Below are positions 26,175 to 38,189 of a stretch of 64,000 nt of DNA, in pieces (position 1 is the first letter of the stretch; every line of letters starts with the position of its first letter). Made by a program: the position numbers and the translations under genes. This stretch comes from Octopus sinensis (lineage: Eukaryota), in contig NC_043001.1 of the NCBI RefSeq assembly GCF_006345805.1, forward strand, positions 80,476,001 through 80,540,000. Reading direction: 5' to 3'. The notes beneath the pieces were generated by a model. It was not told where the DNA came from and did not search any database. It saw only the letters and a list, made by a program, of their open reading frames with translations.

Positions 26175-26420
26175 TTATTATGAGTTGTATTTTACTTTAT
26201 CTCACAGAAGAGACTCATCAAAATTTTCTCTGATTAACAGTTTTTAGAAGCTGTTAGCGACATTTATATTCGAATAACAGCGATCGACTTCCTGTCAAAT
26301 TTCTCGGTTTGGTCGTGTGATAATCAACGTTTGAAAACTTGTTTGTTTTATTATTTTTTTTATTTTATATTTTGGATTTTTTTTTTCGTAATTTATTTTT
26401 CCGTTAAAAAAATAATTTAA
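25021..26420 (-). promoter_or_regulatory. Candidate host promoter / non-coding 5' exon region
   Basis: Non-repeat sequence with a strong minus-strand donor G|GTGAGT at 25023-25029, an X-box-like GTTACCATGGCAAT (25146-25159) and a YY1-like AGATGGCGGC (25585-25594). Motif matches only. Confidence 0.25.
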
Positions 26421-26915
26421 TAGAAAATTGTAAGTGACTTAGAAATTACACAAATATGAAGGATTAGAGTTCGTTTGCCGATTTTAAAAGTTTTGTCGTT
26501 GTATTAGGGATTTTTTATTATGACTATGTAACTGTGACGTAAATGTGTATGTATTTCTGGATGCATGTGAGTGCATATATATGCATGTAAATAAGTATAC
26601 TTTATATCATTATGTGAAACATAGCTATATGTATGCATGCATATTGGTGTGTGTACGTGTGTATTTAGGTGTTAGGTGTGTATGTAGATTTTGTGTGTGT
26701 GTACGTGCGTGCGTGTATGTTTGTGTGCGTATTATCGTATAGGCATGTTTGTGTATACATATGTCTGCATTTATATGTTTGAAAATGTTTATGTAAATGA
26801 GTGTGCGTTTGTGATAGGTGACAAGTAATTCTAAAACCCGTATTTAAACAGGTGATTTCAATCGTGTCAAGAGGAATGATATATATATACATACATACAT
26901 ACATACACACACAGA

Positions 26916-26961
<46 letters not shown>

Positions 26962-27040
26962 CAGTTGAATTAGGTACTTAAGTTGAAGCACCAAGTTTGT
27001 CCTGTATTGTCCGTACAGCTCGAAGATAGGTGAATAAAAA

Positions 27041-27480
27041 GCAAATAAGTCACAAGGACGTCCAGGTATTAGGGTATTACAGCCGTTTCATGCTGCTCCA
27101 TTTAATCGATTAATGCAAACATTACATCAATTTGAAATAAACGCTCTCCTCGGATGCATACGACCATATAGATTTCCAACATACACGATACTTCATTATA
27201 ATGTTTTAGCAAATTTTTCTTCAGTACTAGAGACTAAAATATTTTGCTACTTTTTGCTATTATTGTAGCAGAATGAATTTAAGGAAAAATACCAATAGCT
27301 TACTATAATTTAGAGTGGCACAAGGAAATAATGGCGGTCAATAAAGAGGAATGGTGATACACCAACATTCATTTTTATCCTTATCACATTCAACAGACCC
27401 AACGCATCAAGCAGTCTAAGTCCCTTTAGAATCCCCGTAATGCACTAATACTTGGACATCCTTGTTACTTATTTGCTTCG
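27041..27480. mobile_element. MITE with ~32-bp TIRs
   Basis: GCAAATAAGTCACAAGGACGTCCAGGTATTAG (27041-27072) / CTAATACTTGGACATCCTTGTTACTTATTTGC (27445-27476). Confidence 0.65.
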
Positions 27481-27574
27481 TATATATATATATATATATT
27501 ATAAGGATTTAGAAGCATCGAGTGATATGAAGCAAATTCTTTCTAACAATAGAACTCGAAATAAACACAATTAT

Positions 27575-27644
<70 letters not shown>

Positions 27645-27931
27645 GGTCGAAGGTTGCGCGTAAAACTCGAACCTACATTTTCGGCAAATATGACAGATAT
27701 ACTAACCGGTACACTAATTGAAGGATTCAATATTTCACTCTCCATTTTTGAAGCTTTGATCTTACCTGCGAGAATTGTGTGTTGTTTACATTAAAAGGAT
27801 TTAGAAAGTTCGCGAGTTATCAAGTAAATTATTTTTAACGGTGGAACTCGAAGAAGATAAAGCTATAAACAATATCATATCGAATATACATGTGTGTGTG
27901 TGTGTAAGTGTGTGTATGTGTGTGTTTGTTT

Positions 27932-27991
<60 letters not shown>

Positions 27992-29208
27992 AAACACACA
28001 TACACATACATATAATGATGGGAAGAAAAGACCCAAAGTAGCCACTGACATGATTTTGGCTAGCAATGACGAAGAAAGGTTCACAAACGATCATATAAAG
28101 TAAAGTCCTTCATTTAATGAAACTCTCTTCACTGTATCTATGCAAATCACAATTTGAGATCCAAATGAACCAAGGTGACAGACTCACTTTTGTCCGCCCG
28201 GTTTGAAACAACAAACAATTCTTCCCCTCCCAAGCACGTTCTACATTTAAATAGGGAATGACATATTGGTTAATGCAATATATATATCTTTTTTCATTGT
28301 TTCACTTGTTTCAGTCATTTATGACTGCAACCATGCTAAAGCAACGCCTTAAAGGGATTTTTAATCGAAGAAATCGACCTCAGGGCCTTTTCTTTCTAAG
28401 CCTAGTACTATTCTACCGATCTCTTTTGCCGAACCGTTAAGTTAAGGGGGCGTAAAAACATCAACATCGTTTGTCAAGCGATGGCAGTTGACTTTGCTTT
28501 TCACCTTTTCATCGAGGTCAATAAAAAAAATAAGTACTAGTTGAATACTGTGTTCGATGTAATCGACTTACCCACTTCTCGATATCACTGGCCTTGTGCC
28601 AAAATGTGAACAATATCAACCTTAATTGTATTATTTTAGCAATCAAGAAGATATATATATGAATGTCAAATGTGGTGGAATTTGAACTCAGTTTGGCAAA
28701 GATCGTAACTGAATACCACAAATTCTCTCCAGCGCTCTAGCGATTCTGCCACAAACTGCTTTCGGCAGAATTAATGTGGGGTTCCATTTATAAACAGAAG
28801 CAAATGTATTTTGTGGAGAATTTATGCAGGGAGGGCAGAAAGTAATGTAGGTTTCGGCATGATTTGAACTCAAAATTCAAAGGTGCTCGAGTGAATATCA
28901 GAAGGAAACTAAGTCCGTCACCTACCGTTTTAGCCACTCATCAGATTTTAAAAACAATTTCTAATTTAAGCAAAAGCAAAGAAAAAAAATAATAATAACA
29001 AGTACAGTCAGAAGGAAGTGTTAATTAAATTGACCCCAATATTTGATTGGTATTTTTTCATTTCATCGATCATGAAAGGATGAAAGGCAAATTCGACCTC
29101 TATTGGAATTTAATGTTAAAATGTAACAATATACTTCAAGTCATTTTGTCCCTCTATCTCTCTATCCCCCTCTCTCTCTCTCCAGCTCTCTTTCTCCCCC
29201 TCTATTTC

Positions 29209-29239
<31 letters not shown>

Positions 29240-30624
29240 TTGCGAATCTGTCATTCATCGACCTCTACAGCAGAAAAACTAATGTCATCAAATATAGGAC
29301 AATGCACAGTTTTTAAAGATGGGACATGTACTCGTCTATTCCAATCTCAGTACTTGATTTGTTGGTATTGAAACATGCTAGTTCCCTAGAGGTGAGTGCA
29401 TTCAGTGGTTGCGGCCGATGGTTATTCTACTTGTCAATAAGAATCCGAACGTTGCAAAATTCAAATTTTTTTATGTATTGCTGATGTTTTTCCGTTCACA
29501 AAACACAAGATCTTTGAACGCAAATATTCAATTTGCGAATCTGAGCACGGCTGTATTTGAACCATCTTTTCTAATATCAATATTGCTCCTGTTGCCACCA
29601 GCTGAAAGGATAGACACAGTGAAAAGGTGGAAAGAACAGAAAGGACGGTCTAAACGAATCTGCAACTAACGAAAATGCTTCTGTCTCGGACCAAATATAC
29701 CGCTTTTGTACCTTGGAAGTTTATTTTCGTCCGAAGATGATGAAGAAGAGCGGCATGCTCTCAGGTGGCAATGTAAACTAATCCTTCACGCTGCGGGGCT
29801 CATCTTCTCACCTCTGCTAAGTAGTTTTAAAGTGAGGGTCACTCTCTGCAAACCGATAACACACTTTAAACTTGGAGGTCTGACAACAGTAGCTCAGTGG
29901 GGAAGGATCACTGTGGCGACCAGCAAGCTTAAGGTTTTACATAGGAATGGACTTCTAATATGTGAATTACCTTACGAGGCTGGACAGTTCCAACTACCTT
30001 GAGATTGCCAGACGAAAGGGTGTCAAAGAGGGTGCCGAGCCACCTGAAGGACTCTATTTCTTGATTTGCAGTCGAGGTTGACTTACCTAACCTTTTCCTT
30101 TATCAAAACCTTACATTGCAATGAGAGTTTAAGCTTAGAATTTCTTCCATAATATGCTAGCTAACCCATATCTGGGAACCTGATAGGTTCCACTACTTCG
30201 GTCAGAGTAACCCCATGAAACAACAAAGTCCACACTCCTTAAAATCCGGTTATTACCGAACCAGGGCCCTACAACCAAATGCAGTTTAAAGTTACACCTA
30301 AGACATATCTTGTTAATGGAAATTCTAAGGTGTCGCAATATCACTCCCGTTGCCATTGACTGAAATCCTGGAGAACTTTTAGGGATTCAGAAAATCTAAA
30401 CGGCGCCTCTGCGTGGTTTTTTTCAGCGTGTAGGGGTTGTTTCAAACCAATTTCTGCAGTATTTCGCAGTGAGATCATTTGGTCCAGTGGTAGGGAGTGC
30501 AAGCTGACTGAAGGTAATAATCTATTATAACTATGACAAACGAAGAATAATTTTAAAAATTAAAAACAGAAGAGATCAAACATATAGATACACACGCATG
30601 CGTATATATGTGGATATGTCTATA

Positions 30625-30823
30625 CAGGGTGACCCAAAATTAGCTGATGGGTTTCAATTTTTAATAGTTTCCTTAAATTTACAAATAAATGCATGAAATT
30701 TTGATACAATATAAAGGACATAATTTGTTCCTTCTATTGTATCAAAATTTCATTCATTTCTTTGCGTAAAGTTAAGGAAATTATTAAAAATTGAAACCCT
30801 TAAGTGACTTGTGGGAGACCCTG
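30625..30823. mobile_element. Tc1/mariner-type MITE (almost wholly palindromic)
   Basis: TA|CAGGGT...ACCCTG|TA termini; the interior halves are reverse complements. Confidence 0.85.
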
Positions 30824-30896
30824 TATAAGTATATTTGTATAAATTATATACATACTTGCAAACATTTATACACACACACATATACATACATACATT

Positions 30897-30927
<31 letters not shown>

Positions 30928-30945
30928 TATATATATATATATATA

Positions 30946-30994
<49 letters not shown>

Positions 30995-31357
30995 GGCGTG
31001 GCTGTGCGGTAAGAAGCTTGCTTTCCGACCACGTAGCACCTTGGGCAAGTGTCTTTTGCTATAGCCTCGGGCTGACTAAAACCTTGTAGTGGATTTGGTA
31101 GAAAAAAGTGAAATAAATCCATCGTGTATGTGTGCGTGTGCGCGCGTGTATGTGTGTGTGTATGTATAATTAAAATTCGATTGAATCAGGTGCTTAAATT
31201 AAAGCACCGTGTTAGGTCGATCTAAACAATATCAGGTGAAAATCAAACTCTGTGCACAAGTGTTTATCCTTCAAGGTGGTGCCCCATCATGACCGCAATC
31301 TAATGATTGAAGCAAGTAAAAGATAAAAGATAAAAGATATATGTGTGTGTGTATATA

Positions 31358-31393
<36 letters not shown>

Positions 31394-31447
31394 TGTATGT
31401 ATGTATGTATGTATGCATTTATAGCTATCGGTTTGCCTGCATGCACG

Positions 31448-31497
<50 letters not shown>

Positions 31498-31597
31498 GAT
31501 AGATAGATAGATAGATACATACATACATACATACATACATACATACATACATACATACATACATACATACATACATACATACATACATGCATTTATA

Positions 31598-32467
31598 CAG
31601 GGTGCGAAGGGTAAATTGTCGCCATTTTATATTTTCAATTCTGCGCATATCGATTGTTGGTATTTGATTTTGTTGACTACACAGTATAGTAGGATCAGTT
31701 AGGCACCATGACGCAATTCGCCATGACGCAGCACCATGACGCAATTCACTCTACCAGAAATTTGAAAACGACATGCTGTACTGCTTGGCATTCGCACCGG
31801 AAGCTCCAATACGAACCTTTCAGAGTGTCTGGGTGTCAATTTAATGACAGTGCAACCTGAGGACTTATACAGAGAGTGATAAAAATTAAACATCCAGTCA
31901 ACGAAATGGTGTTTGGAGTGATCACTAGTGATGGCGACGTTATGCCTCCATCTATCTTCCCACACGGCCTCAAACTCAACACGAAGACCTACATCAAGTG
32001 CCTGGAGGAGATAGTGCTGCACTGGGTTAGAGGGTGGCTGCTGGAAGATCCTATGTCTGGCAACAGGACTCCGCGCCATGCCGCACAAGCAGGAGAAACC
32101 AGTCAGGGCTGTCAAACATCACCCCTAACATCTGGCTTCCTAACTCCGACAGGAACCCCCTTGATTATTTTGTGTGGGGCACAGTTGAGCGAGAGACTAG
32201 CAAAACGCCTTGTAACTCCAAAGATGAACTGAAGGCAAGGATTATGGCAGCCTTCAACAACTTAAACAAAGAAACGGTCCAGAAGAAGTGCAAGAGATTA
32301 CGAAGTCATCTGGAGGCTGTGGTTGAAGCCAACGGCAATTTTATTGAAATTATTTACTCTTTAGTATTTTAAGATATTTTATGTAATTTTGGTAACTGTT
32401 AAAATGAGATGCCAGTGTTATTTTCAGTTCTGCGTAATTTTGACAACAGTTTATTCACTGCACCCTG
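31598..32467 (+). mobile_element. Internally deleted Tc1/mariner superfamily (maT/DD37D-like) transposon
   Basis: TA|CAGGGTGCG...CACCCTG termini. ORFs 31876-32372: VMVFGVITSDGDVMPP...YVWQQDSAPC...NPLDYFVWG...LEAVVEANGNFIE. Confidence 0.85.
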
Positions 32468-33003
32468 AAATTTATAGAGAAATTTATAGAGAGCGAATAA
32501 AAGTTTCTTCTAAGAAAACAATTGTAGACTTGATTTTTTTTAAAGAAGTCCGTCTACGAGTGCTTGTGAATCGGTGATCGCATCAACGAGTGGTGTGCGC
32601 GAGTCAAGTGCGAGTGAAAGTGATCCAGGAAGCGATTATAATATTAATATATTTTTGTTATAAATTATCTTGACATTCTTTTTACTGTAAATAAAATATT
32701 CTTTACATTCTACTGTTTTATTACCATTTATTTACGAGTATTATAAATTTTTTAGGTAAAATATTTTTCTGGGAACGAATTACGATTTATAGCATTGCTG
32801 CTATGGGAAATTGTTGCTCTGTTTTACGAGTTTTCGCCTGATGAGCTGTCTCCTGGAACAAACTAACTCGGATATTGAGGCTTTACGATATATACGTGTA
32901 TAACTACACACATATGCACACATTCATTGAATTTTCTTGCTGTGACGTAATACCTTCAAAACTTTCTCCCAACTTTCTCCGTTTCTTTCTTACTATGAAC
33001 ACA

Positions 33004-33053
<50 letters not shown>

Positions 33054-33898
33054 CTCTCTCTCTCTCTCTCCCTCTCTCTCTCTCTCTCCCTCTCTATCTC
33101 TCTCTATCTATCTATCTATCTCTTTCTCTCGCCCTTTCTCTCCCTCTCTGCTGCTGCTCTCGCTCTCTCTTTCTCTTTCTATCTCCCTTCCACTTTCTTT
33201 CTCCCACTCTTACAATCAATCACTCGTTCACTCTACCTGTTCTCGCTTCCAAAAGCCAGACATGCTAAAGTATCCATCACTAGCAGATGACTTTTCGCAA
33301 TCTCTGATCTCGGAATTGTCTGGAGGTGCGCAATGTAATGTAAGTGAATATGAAACAGTAGCAAATGTTATCATAATTTAGCTCGAGAACCATTGATATC
33401 ATAAGATGCAACAAGACTGTCTCGACTAAGAGATAACTATGAAATGACAAAATAGACGTGTTTGCATGCGTGAAAGGGAGAGGTGAAAAGCGCAGTAGAT
33501 AGAGTAGAATAACAAATGGCTTTATAATATAACAATAATATAGAATGTGTCAGTTGAGTTATATATAGCTTCCAAACATGACCTCTCAGATTATTATAAC
33601 TGTAATAACAATAAGAGCTACAGCAAGTAATGAAGAAACCTCTAGGTGGTCATTTTGCTTACTAGAAATAGAAGCTGAACTTTGTTCAGATAACTCACTG
33701 TCATTCTAAAATTAAAAGACGAGTTCTTAACCACAGCGTGTTTGTGCGCCTAAGACGTTTGCTTCCCAACTATGTGGTCTTGGGTTCAGTCCCTCTGCGT
33801 GGCACCTAGTACAATTGCTTTCTTCCATAACCCCAGGCAGACCAAGGCCTTGTGAGTGGATTTGGTAAGCGGAGACTGAAAGAAGCCCGTTGTATATG

Positions 33899-33948
<50 letters not shown>

Positions 33949-33949
33949 G

Positions 33950-34826
33950 CTAGAGCGTCAAGCACCCCACCACCATCACCGTCAACAAAGACATGCTGGA
34001 GGTAGTCCATGAAGTCACCTACTTCAGCTCTATCATCGCTGATGTCCTTTCCCTGGACTCTGCGATTAGCAGGCGAATTGGACGCGTATCCTTCACATTT
34101 GTCAGGCTCACAAAGAGAGCCTGAGAAAAACAGAAAACTGGTCACAAGCACCAAGATTACTGGCTTAAAGATGAGTGTTCTCAGCACACTATTTTATGGT
34201 AGTGCGACATGAAGCCTCTACTCCAGACAGAAGCGGTGTTTCAACGCCTTCAACCTTCGTAATTTGAGATGCATCTTAAGTAGACCGACAGTATCACCAA
34301 CACCGAAGTCCTAAGCCGCACCAAGATACCCACTATATTCACCCTGATCCAGAAACGCCGAAGAGCTGGCTAGGTCATGTACACCGCATGCCGGACGGGG
34401 GGATCCCAAAAGACCTCCTGTATGAGGAATTGGCCATCAACACAAGAGCACGAGGACGAACTCATCTTCGTTTCGAGGACGTCTGCAAGAATGATATGAA
34501 GTCAATAGATCTGGAAGTCCTGAGTGGGAGGTGGACGAATATGATCACCCACGCTGGAGACAAATACTGCGAAAGGAGATGAAGCGAGGGTAAGAGAAAA
34601 CAGGGTTTTGCAACCAAAGAAATGCGCCCTCGACGTAAGGAAAAAGACAGTAGTACCGGTAGAAACCTCCTTCAAATGCAGTTGCAGCTGCAGAGTTCCT
34701 TCAAATGAAGGTGCACTTGTTCCCCTGTGGGCCTCTATAGCCAGAGCAACTACTGTACCACCATCAACCTAGCACAATTTCTCCGGGCGCAGATTCACGG
34801 TCTCTCGAGACCGATGGACACCTACT
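33950..34826 (+). mobile_element. RTE LINE 3' fragment
   Basis: SVLSTLFYGS...MPDGGIPKDLLYEELA...RFEDVCKNDMKS; RTE-type 3' end GGTCTCTCGAGACCGATGG. Confidence 0.8.
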
Positions 34827-34840
34827 GTATATATATATAT

Positions 34841-35848
34841 TGGTTGGCATCCTTTCTGTCTCGGGAGACAATGGAGTTGCGCATAAAGTAGTCTAGTCCG
34901 GCTTTTATATTTCATGTCGTGATACATTTCCTGCTGTGGCTGTGTAGTCCTATCCTGGACAAACACTCCCTCTGGCAGGTACCGCAAATGTAGCGAAGAC
35001 TGTTCCTGGCTGGTTGTAATGCCATAGTCTCTTGTTGACGTCTCTTCTTTTCTTTCCATTTCTCCTCTCTCTCTCTGTCACTCCTTTGTATTCCCTCTTT
35101 TACGGTACGTCGCCATTCTCCACGGTTGCCGGCAACTGCCTCCCAACCGCTAATATTGATGTTGCAGGCCTTCATGTCCCTTTTGCAAACATCCTTGTAA
35201 CGTAAGATCGGTCTACCCACAGACCTAGTACCCCTAGCAAGCTCTCCGTAGAGTATGTCCTTGGGGATTCTGCCATCTTTCATACGGCTAACATGCCCAA
35301 GCCATCTCATACGTCTTTGTGTGAGGAATGCAAACATACTTGGTATTCCTGCTTGCCTGAGGACATCTTTGTTGGGGATATGCCATTTGATGCGGAGGAT
35401 TTTTCGGAGGCAGCGCAGGTGAAAGATGTTTAGGCGACGCTCTTGGCGTGTGTATAGCGTCCAGGTCTCACTTCCATACAGTAGAGTGCTGAGTACACAT
35501 GCCTGGTAGATCTTCATTTTCGTGGTCTTGGTCAGCACCAGGCAAGCAAGTAAAAGTCAAGAAAACACCAGTTCTGCGGTTGGCAAACTGGAATGTCAGG
35601 ACCATGTGTCCTGGAATATCTGATGATCTTCTTAGGATTGAAGACACAAGGAAAACGGCCATCATTGACCGTGAACTAAAGAGGCTCAACATAGATATTG
35701 CTGGGCTGCAGGAGACAAGACTTCCCTCAAACGGCAAACTCAAAGAGCAGGATTTCACCTTATTTTGGCAGGGAAGCGATCCAGAAGAACCTCGTCAACA
35801 TGGCGTTGGCTTTGCAGTGAGAAACTCACTACTCTCTTCAATAGAACC
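34841..35848 (-). mobile_element. RTE LINE 3' portion (minus) joined to an inverted endonuclease N-terminal segment (plus, ~35535-35848)
   Basis: ORF 34912-35538 (minus): KIYQACVLSTLLYGSETW...YICGTCQRECLSRIGLHSHSRKC. Plus strand: LANWNVRTM...IDIAGLQETRL...GVGFAVRN. (TA)n on both flanks. Confidence 0.85.
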
Positions 35849-35869
35849 ATATATATATATATAGGGAGA

Positions 35870-36055
35870 GAATTCACAAAAAAAAACAAAAGACAGGTGG
35901 TGTAGACAACAAACAGATGTATTAGTATTATGCTCGGGAAGTGAAAAAGTCTTTAACGTTTCGAGCCTACGCTCTTCCACAGAAAGGAACACAGAAAGAA
36001 ACAAAGAGGGAAAATAAAGATTGTGTAGTGGCTAGCGATCTATCATGGCGAATGC
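35870..36055 (-). mobile_element. Penelope-like terminal fragment with hammerhead-like motif at 35951-35986
   Basis: Minus strand cttt-CTGTGGA-A-gagc gtag gctc-GAAA-CGTT-aaag. Confidence 0.65.
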
Positions 36056-36676
36056 CAGTGGGGGTGTCTGTCTGTATGCATGTATGTATGTGTCGGTGTC
36101 TGTGTGTGTGCGCGCGTGTGTGTACTTGTCCTTACCAGCGCTTGACAGCTGGTGTATTTACATCCTCGTAAAATAACTGTGAGACAATAGAGGCCAACAG
36201 AACAAGTACCTTTTTTTCTTTTTTCAAAAAAGAAAAAATAACAATGTAGTGAGGTTGATTTGTTCGACTAACATTTCAAGGTGGTGCTCCGGTATGGCCG
36301 CAGTTTAATGACTAAAACAAGTAAAGAGTAACGGAGAACACCAACACTGAAATCTATAGCAAGCAATGAGTCATTCGACTTGCTAGAAATAGAAGCTGAT
36401 TTTGGTTAGATCACACACTGTCGTTTCACATTAACGAGCACATTGTATAATATAGTTACTTACATAAAAAAGACGAGAAGTCATTGTTGGAAGTGGACTT
36501 TATTGGTGACCTCAGCTACGCTGAACTTGGCTTAAAAAATAACAATTACAAGCAACAACTACAAAAATATATGGTAATACAAATAAACAACAGAATTCGG
36601 AATTGCAAAATAATGCAACTACAACACGATATACAGCTGAGACATACCAACATAATCATCATCGTTTTTAGTACAT

Positions 36677-37075
36677 CAGGCGGTGAGCTGGCAGAAACGT
36701 TAGCAAGCAAGCCGAAATGCTTAGCGTTATTTCGTCTGTCTTTACGTTCTGAGTTCAAATTCCACCGGGGTTGACTTTGCCTTTTATCCTTTCGGGCTCG
36801 ATAAATCAAGTGACAGTTGCGTACTGGAGTCGATCTAATCGACTGGCCCCCTCCCCCAAAATTTCTGGCCTTGTGCCTGGAGTAGAAAAAAATAGTTCAC
36901 ACACTGAACAAAGTGCTTCACAGTATTTCATTGATCTTCATGTTCTGAGCTTAAATTCCGCTGCGGTCGACTTTGCTTTTCATCTTTACAGGGTCGATAA
37001 AATAAGTACCCGTTGATCAGTGTGGTCGAGGCTATCGACTTACCTTTCTCCCGAAAATAGTGACCTTGTGCCAAA
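36677..37075 (+). mobile_element. Two tandem SINE copies (GGCGGTGAGCTGGCAGAA family)
   Basis: GTTCTGAG.T.AAATTCC.C.G.GGT.GACTTTGC.TTT.ATC repeated at ~36745 and ~36943. Confidence 0.75.
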
Positions 37076-37120
37076 ATTATTATTAGAAATCATTATAAAT
37101 AAAGAAATCATTATTATTAT

Positions 37121-37711
37121 GGATCTTTACAGATTTAAAAAATAATTTTTTGTAACTAAGCACTTTCAAACTTCGGACACTGGTAGAATGTGTCAAATAA
37201 AACATCTTTTACTCTTAGCATTTTTGAGAAAAACTTATATTTACGAAGTTATTTCACGTTAAAGTTCTCGTATTTCGGTAATTTCAACCAATCAATGACG
37301 TGTATTCAGCTGAATAAAATTACTGCTGTTGCTGGTCAACAAGAGCTTCCGGCGGTGTATATTTCGTTCGTCATTGTTATTTATGACAACCCTAACCCTA
37401 AAACCTTAAAACCAGTACAAATGCACGAACGATATCATAAATAACAGTGACAGACGAAAAATACGCCACCGATAGTTGTTGTTGACAAACAATGGCAGTA
37501 ATTTTATTCAGCTGAATACACGTCAATGATTGGTTGAAATTACCGAATTACGAGAACTTTAGCGTGAAATAACTTCGTAAATATAAGTTTCTCTCAAAAA
37601 TGCTAAGAGTAAAAGATGTTTTATATGACACATTCTACCAGTGTCCGAAGTTTGATAATGTTTAGTTACAAAAAATTGTTTTTTAAATCTGTAGGTCAAA
37701 AGGTAAAGATC

Positions 37712-37712
<1 letters not shown>
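37121..37712. mobile_element. Fold-back MITE with ~270-bp TIRs inserted in an (ATT)n tract
   Basis: GGATCTTTAC...GTAAAGATCC termini; arms ~37121-37385 / ~37435-37712; short CCTAAC-like spacer. Confidence 0.9.
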
Positions 37713-37772
<60 letters not shown>

Positions 37773-37940
37773 TCAAATTGCAATGAGCGTAAACAAACAA
37801 ACAAAGTTTGCTTTAGAAGCTTTAAGATGTCTTAGAAAGTTAAAGAAGTGATTATAAATTCTCAAACACAGGATAATGCTAATAATATAGCCTGAACAGG
37901 ATAAGCTACCCTTATTTTGCAGAAAAAGTGCTGGGCTATG

Positions 37941-37996
<56 letters not shown>

Positions 37997-38189
37997 CGTT
38001 ATTGAAGGCAGAATCATTGGCATGCTGGAGAAAATGCTTAGCGGTATTTCGCCAGACGCTACGTTCTGAGTTCAAATTCCGCCGGGTTCGACTTTGCCTT
38101 TCATCCCTTCGGGGTAATTAAAATAGGTACCAGTGGGAGTTGAGTTGAGCTCTGGGGTCGACGTATTGATATTGAAGCTTTATAGGCAT

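Noticed and set aside
32828-32845. CTGATGA at ~32828 (and at ~60160)
   Set aside because: No stem II or GAAA follows; these lie in a MITE end and a decayed RTE codon run respectively.
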